Shown here in pieces: positions 59,252-64,000 of a stretch of DNA of 64,000 nt. Position 1 is the stretch's first letter. Each line of letters begins with the position of its first letter. Under the pieces are notes generated by a model. It saw only the letters and a list, made by a program, of their open reading frames with translations, was not told the origin of the DNA and made no database searches. A program made the translations under genes and the position numbers. Source of the DNA: Paraphysomonas bandaiensis (Eukaryota; Protista; Chrysophyceae); NCBI GenBank assembly GCA_965644295.1, contig CBFFRP010000434.1, positions 146,634-210,633 on the forward strand, in the 5' to 3' direction.

Positions 59252-62200
59252 GGAGGGAAAATGCTGGTTGCACGTCACTACACACACACAGAGTACAACA
59301 ACACACCAATGGAGGGCTTCTGCGGACTAGCTGCTATTGCCGCAATATACCACAAACAACCGGAGGAGGACCACTACCCGTATTTAAATCCCGATGATCC
59401 AGCCTCGAAAGCAAAACTGCTCCAAGTCATTCAGACAAGCAGGACGGTACTTAGTACCTACACGCTCGCTGAAGCCAAGATGCTTAACTTTGCATGCATC
59501 CGGAAGAAGCTCCGACAGCAGCTAACAACGTACAACAAAGCACTACGCCGCAAACGACCAACTGCTGTCGGAATACCCCCAGAGCAATGGGGCTACACAG
59601 ACATCATAGCCCTCCTGGCAGAAACCCTGAGTATACGAATTCGTATCTGGCAAGATTCACCAGTGGACCTTGGCCACAACTGGGCGTACTGGTCTACCCA
59701 CCATTCCTCCTTCCTTCCACAAACTCAATTCCTTCCATCTTATGATGTGTTTTGCTCCAACGACCACTTCTTCCTGGACACCAAATACCCGGTGGAGTTG
59801 GAACTACACGCGCTACTCGAGAGAATTCCTGACCTCGTCATCATGCGTCTCCAAAATGTGTTGCAATATCATTCCAAGGGAATGCAAGGAGTCCATCGTG
59901 CCAGGTCCATCAACCATCCCTCCCACGCCCTTCAGGGGAAGGAATTCTCTTCCGATAACAGCGGTGACGGACCCAGCAAATCCACCCACACATTACCCTT
60001 ACCCACTAAGGATGCCACCACACCGTATGCAACTCTATTTGACTATTTCCCAGTCAAACGGAGGCCACCTACCACCAACCCTACTCAACTGAACACCATG
60101 GGAACTCCAGCATTAGCCCCAGACGGCCCATCCTCACACTCCACTACCACTCCTGACATCAGGCCGGATGCACTGCCCAAGGACATTGCCACACACCCCC
60201 GACACTACACAGAGGGCTGGGGTCACACGCCCTTTCACTCCGATCTGCTGAACAACTGGGTTAGATATGATGAAACCCAAACCATTGCTGCCTCCCCACA
60301 GGGAAACCTTTTAAAAGAAATATATGCACACATGCTATCCCCTGCCTGTACAGACATATGGGAAGGATTCATAGCCAAGGCTTCCAGGACGGACAACTAT
60401 GATCTCATGATATCATTCACGCTACCAGAGCACAAATTGGATACCACGCACAGCGCCCTACTAGTTGCCCAGCATCTCGCGAATGGCAACAAACCCTGGG
60501 CAGACTCCACTCATGTTGTATCTAGGCATGTGCGGACCCTTTGCCTGACAAAGGGTATTCCCTCAACAGCCACTGTTAGTCTCCGTAAGACACTCATGCA
60601 ATATGAATCCTCGACTCCACACACAGGACTACATCTAGACACGGAGGATTTCCAACTGCTACTCGATCTTCTCTCCATACCATACAGACTATGGGACGCT
60701 GTTCAACCGCACCTGGCGCCTGGTTGGGCACAGCTGTCACCATTCTCCAGACAGGCACTAACAGTGCACGCTTCTACCAACACTGTGGTAACCCATGACA
60801 TCATACGCAGCCAGCATGGGTTTCACATACTCAATGCAACAAATATCCCCACCTGCATCATGCACGCTCTAACACGGACTCAGGAGCGGCTATCCTGTTT
60901 TCTACAACACCAGACCTCCAGACAGAGCACCAACATCCTCTGGACTTCTGAGCCGTCAACTGTACCACCTATGCTACATGAGCACAGAGAGCAACAGGAA
61001 CAGAGGGAAGTAATTGCAGTCTCCTTGTCACCGAGAGCTCGACGTCAACTACGACAGATGAACCCCACGGACCGTCGACAACTCAGGCTCCATATGTGCG
61101 ACATGAGCAGAGTCTACCGCCTCACCCTCAGACCCTCAGCCCTTCGCACACAACAACATATCCCTAGTGATGGGTACTGCGCATACAGCACACTCTATCA
61201 TCTGCACATTCTTGCTTCAAGCAGGCGACACACTCGCTCCTGTCTGAAATTAGACCTCAAACAACGCAAGGACCGTCACACGCTAGCATCTTTCATAAAT
61301 ACATTAGGCACCCAAGCGTTCGACATAATGCAACGGGAGTGCATGGCCCATCACACACTTCAGCCACTACGACATAAGTTAGATCACGCACAGGCCGCAC
61401 TTTTAATACCTACCAAAACAACATACACTACGGAAGACGACATAACTCACTGGCTCTCAGTGCGAGAGGTCCACCTTTTAGCCTCTACTATCAACCCCTG
61501 CACGACGTGGGCGCAAAATGGTAATTACCTCAGCATTGTAGGCATCCCTACTGACAAAGTAGCTTATAACATCGCATGGAAGGTGGACGAACTTAGGGAC
61601 GCTATTCGTGATAACTACTACCATGTCATACTACAAGATGCTCACTACTTCCTCTTAGACCCTGCCGGTCTTTCTACTGCCCTAGACAACGCCTTACTAT
61701 CTCTTGAAAACACCTTGGCCACCAGTATACTCTCAACGGCTGACCCCATCGCTCCACCTACACTTCCCGCGGACTCAATCACGAACAACAATAGGACATC
61801 AAAGATGACCAGCACCAGAACAACCTCGTCAAGCAGCACCAAGTTAGCACGAACAAATCGACAGATTCTGCAGGCTTCAACCCCTGGAGCACTACCATCG
61901 AACAAGAAGATGCAGTTGAAACACGCCCAAACTGCGTTGACAAGTCGATGCCAGCCAACCCGGAAAGCCAAAAAGGTCGTAAATTACGATGAAAGTGACC
62001 AACCAACGAACCTTCACAACTCACACCCAACCACGACCACACGAACGATCAGACCAACTCCAGCACTAGATACCACCGGCTGGGACAGGGACTGGTCAAG
62101 AAAGTTCTACATTGCGTACGCCGATAACACTGCCAAAGGACTATCCCTTTATGCGAAGAACACATTCCCAGCAGACGTCATCATTGCTGAGTACAAAGGC

Positions 62201-64000
62201 AAACGCTATCCACTAACAAAGATGAGTCAGTCTACAAGGCGTTCTGATTACATAGTTCAAGACAGTACTGGTACCTTCGCAATAGATGGCTTTGACCAAG
62301 TCCGACAATGTGTAACATGCGAAGCTGGGTATATTAATGACCCCCTAGCCACAAACATGGCTAATGTCAAGTTTGTCACGAAAAATAAACGCCTCTATGT
62401 CCGTACAATACGCTCCATTGCTAAGGATGAAGAACTTCTCATCAACTACGGACATCATTATTGGTGTGATCAACGCTGGCCACTTGGGATATTAATCCAA
62501 GCCAGGGCTGCGTACGACAGCGACATAGGCGGTGCCAATATAGCAGTATGGGACAGACTCCTTGCAGACAAGAGTGGAACTCCTACAGAGACCTCCAGCA
62601 GCATCCCCAAGGATCCCTCGGGAGCAGCCATGGGACTCCGACTCTCCACATGGAACACAAATGGCAATCCGGCATCACACACAGGTAAAGCCCAAGCTAT
62701 CATCCGACACTTTAAGCGGCAAAAATTGGACGTGCTCCTATTACAGGATGTCCGTCTAACAGAAACTCAGGCCAACTTCTTCACGCGTATCATCGAAGAT
62801 GCACTCCAGGGAACAAGAATATGCCTCTTCCTCAGCAAGCAGCCAAAACTGACTTCAAGAGACCCACTAATGGGGGGTACAGTAGTCATAATCAGCGAAT
62901 ACTGGAAGCGCCGTCTCGCCTTCACAAAGGCTGACTTTACGGGACTTGGTTTAGTGAGCCGACTAGAGTTCAAAACGTCGGTGGCGCACACCCTAGTACT
63001 AATAAGCGTCTATCTACCCCCGAAGCCATCCACGCCAGGCACTTGCACATTATGGAGCAAATTGACCAAGCTAGGGAGAGCGTCCCGTGGTATCTGTACT
63101 GCTGACCCCTACAAGCTCCTATGCAACATCCTTACGAAATGGGTCACTAAAGCCAGAGCCAAGGACCATACTGTCATTGTCGCCGGCGACTTCAATGGCT
63201 CCATGGAGACAAATCCTAAAGGCAGAGACATACGACAACTTGCCGACAAACTCCAACTGGCTGCACCACTCCATGAGCTTCTCCTACCCAGGAAAACATA
63301 TCATACCTTCCACAGATTAGACAAAGGAATATCGCGGATCGATCATATTCTACACACGCCGTTACCTCCGAACATGTCTGTTACGGACACTGGCTGCCTT
63401 GACTCCCCCTCATTACTCGCAGCAGCCTTCGATCATCGACCGGTCTGGGTCGGTTTCACCGTACCAGTCAATCTTGACCCTCGACCACCGGAGTCGCACC
63501 TCCGAATCCCCCCCCGTCTCAATGTAAACCCGAAGGACTCCAAGGAAGTACAGGCATACACCGCAAGACTCCTCCAACTTCATGCACAACTACCACATTT
63601 AGACAACGGATCGACTGCCATACTCCCTCCTGAGGTGGCAGCCAACAGACTAGCGGCCATCCATCACATAACCCTCCAGGCTTCGCTTGAGGCGAAGCGT
63701 CCTGCATGTACACATAGCACACGCCTACACGAACGTTGTCAGCGCACACGCTCAAAGTTCAAGAATGGCTTTTCCCCGGAAATGAGAGTAATACAGGAAG
63801 GAATGCTCATGGTTTTGCGGATTATCCAAAAGATGTTCAATTCTGCTGGATACAAACGGCATGGATGGCGCGGCCCCCCGGCAACCACCCCCACCCACGA
63901 AATCATCACTGCATGGTTCGCCCGATGGGACTCCTATCTCCAGGAGTTCTCAGGGTCACATCAAAGGCATATCGGACATCAACTTCTGGTGCAGCCACCG
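59252..64000 (+). CDS. ORF2 polyprotein (partial): OTU-like, degenerate OTU-like, OTU-like, SET, APE endonuclease
   Basis: Hand translation of frame +2 finds no stop in 1583 codons. OTU1: TPMEGFCGLAAIA..QWGYTDIIALLAETLSIRIRIW..NDHFF. OTU3: IPSDGYCAYSTL..HWLSVREVHLLA..QDAHYF. SET: KGLSLYAK..IIAEYKG..AGYIND..EELLINYGHHYW. APE: STWNTNG, LLLQD, SVYLPP, AGDFN, SRIDHI, FDHRPV. Confidence 0.9.

Larger units (their letters stand above)
55647..64000 (+). mobile_element. Giant non-LTR retrotransposon, 5' ~8.3 kb (continues beyond window)
   Basis: Intronless C/A-rich ORF1 plus ORF2 with a complete LINE-type APE domain. The 5' boundary after a (TA)n run is a guess. Confidence 0.85.

Noticed and set aside
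61645-63755. Short ORFs listed by the track in the last 2.4 kb
   Set aside because: They are shadows of the unlisted long frame +2 ORF.
1-64000. CRISPR array or prokaryotic operon/defence system
   Set aside because: No repeat-spacer array; genes are spliced and eukaryotic, and the dispersed repeats are retroelement tails.

Overview
Eukaryotic nuclear DNA with short GT-AG introns (mostly about 40-200 nt) and standard genetic code. It probably comes from a flagellated stramenopile such as a chrysophyte; this is inferred from gene content (DRC7, LC8-type dynein light chain, 7TM-TKL kinase, helical-repeat proteins). Host genes: SEC62 (partial), DRC7, an NTF2-like protein, a sulfotransferase, two tRNA-Gln(CTG) in a palindrome, a 7TM-kinase fusion, a sugar porter, two ~40-aa helical-repeat proteins, a 7-repeat Myb, eIF4A, a dynein light chain and an inverted pair of EF-hand-like genes. 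Transposons are dense: an intact Copia with identical TA...TA LTRs, solo LTRs, a hAT MITE and relics, a Gypsy relic, and many truncated RT/RNase H LINE copies. The main result is missing from the ORF track because it runs off the window edge. A stop-free frame (59252 to >64000, 1583 codons, hand-translated) of a giant non-LTR retrotransposon encodes OTU-like protease, a degenerate OTU-like repeat, a second OTU-like protease, a SET domain and an APE endonuclease. The polyprotein also carries two copies of a peptide-conserved motif ending in SGDGP, a candidate new StopGo or cleavage signal. A non-autonomous SINE-like family carries an HDV-like ribozyme head on a LINE-derived tail. All three long (TACA)n arrays lie between divergently transcribed genes. 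Domain calls are from motif recognition by eye, not database searches.
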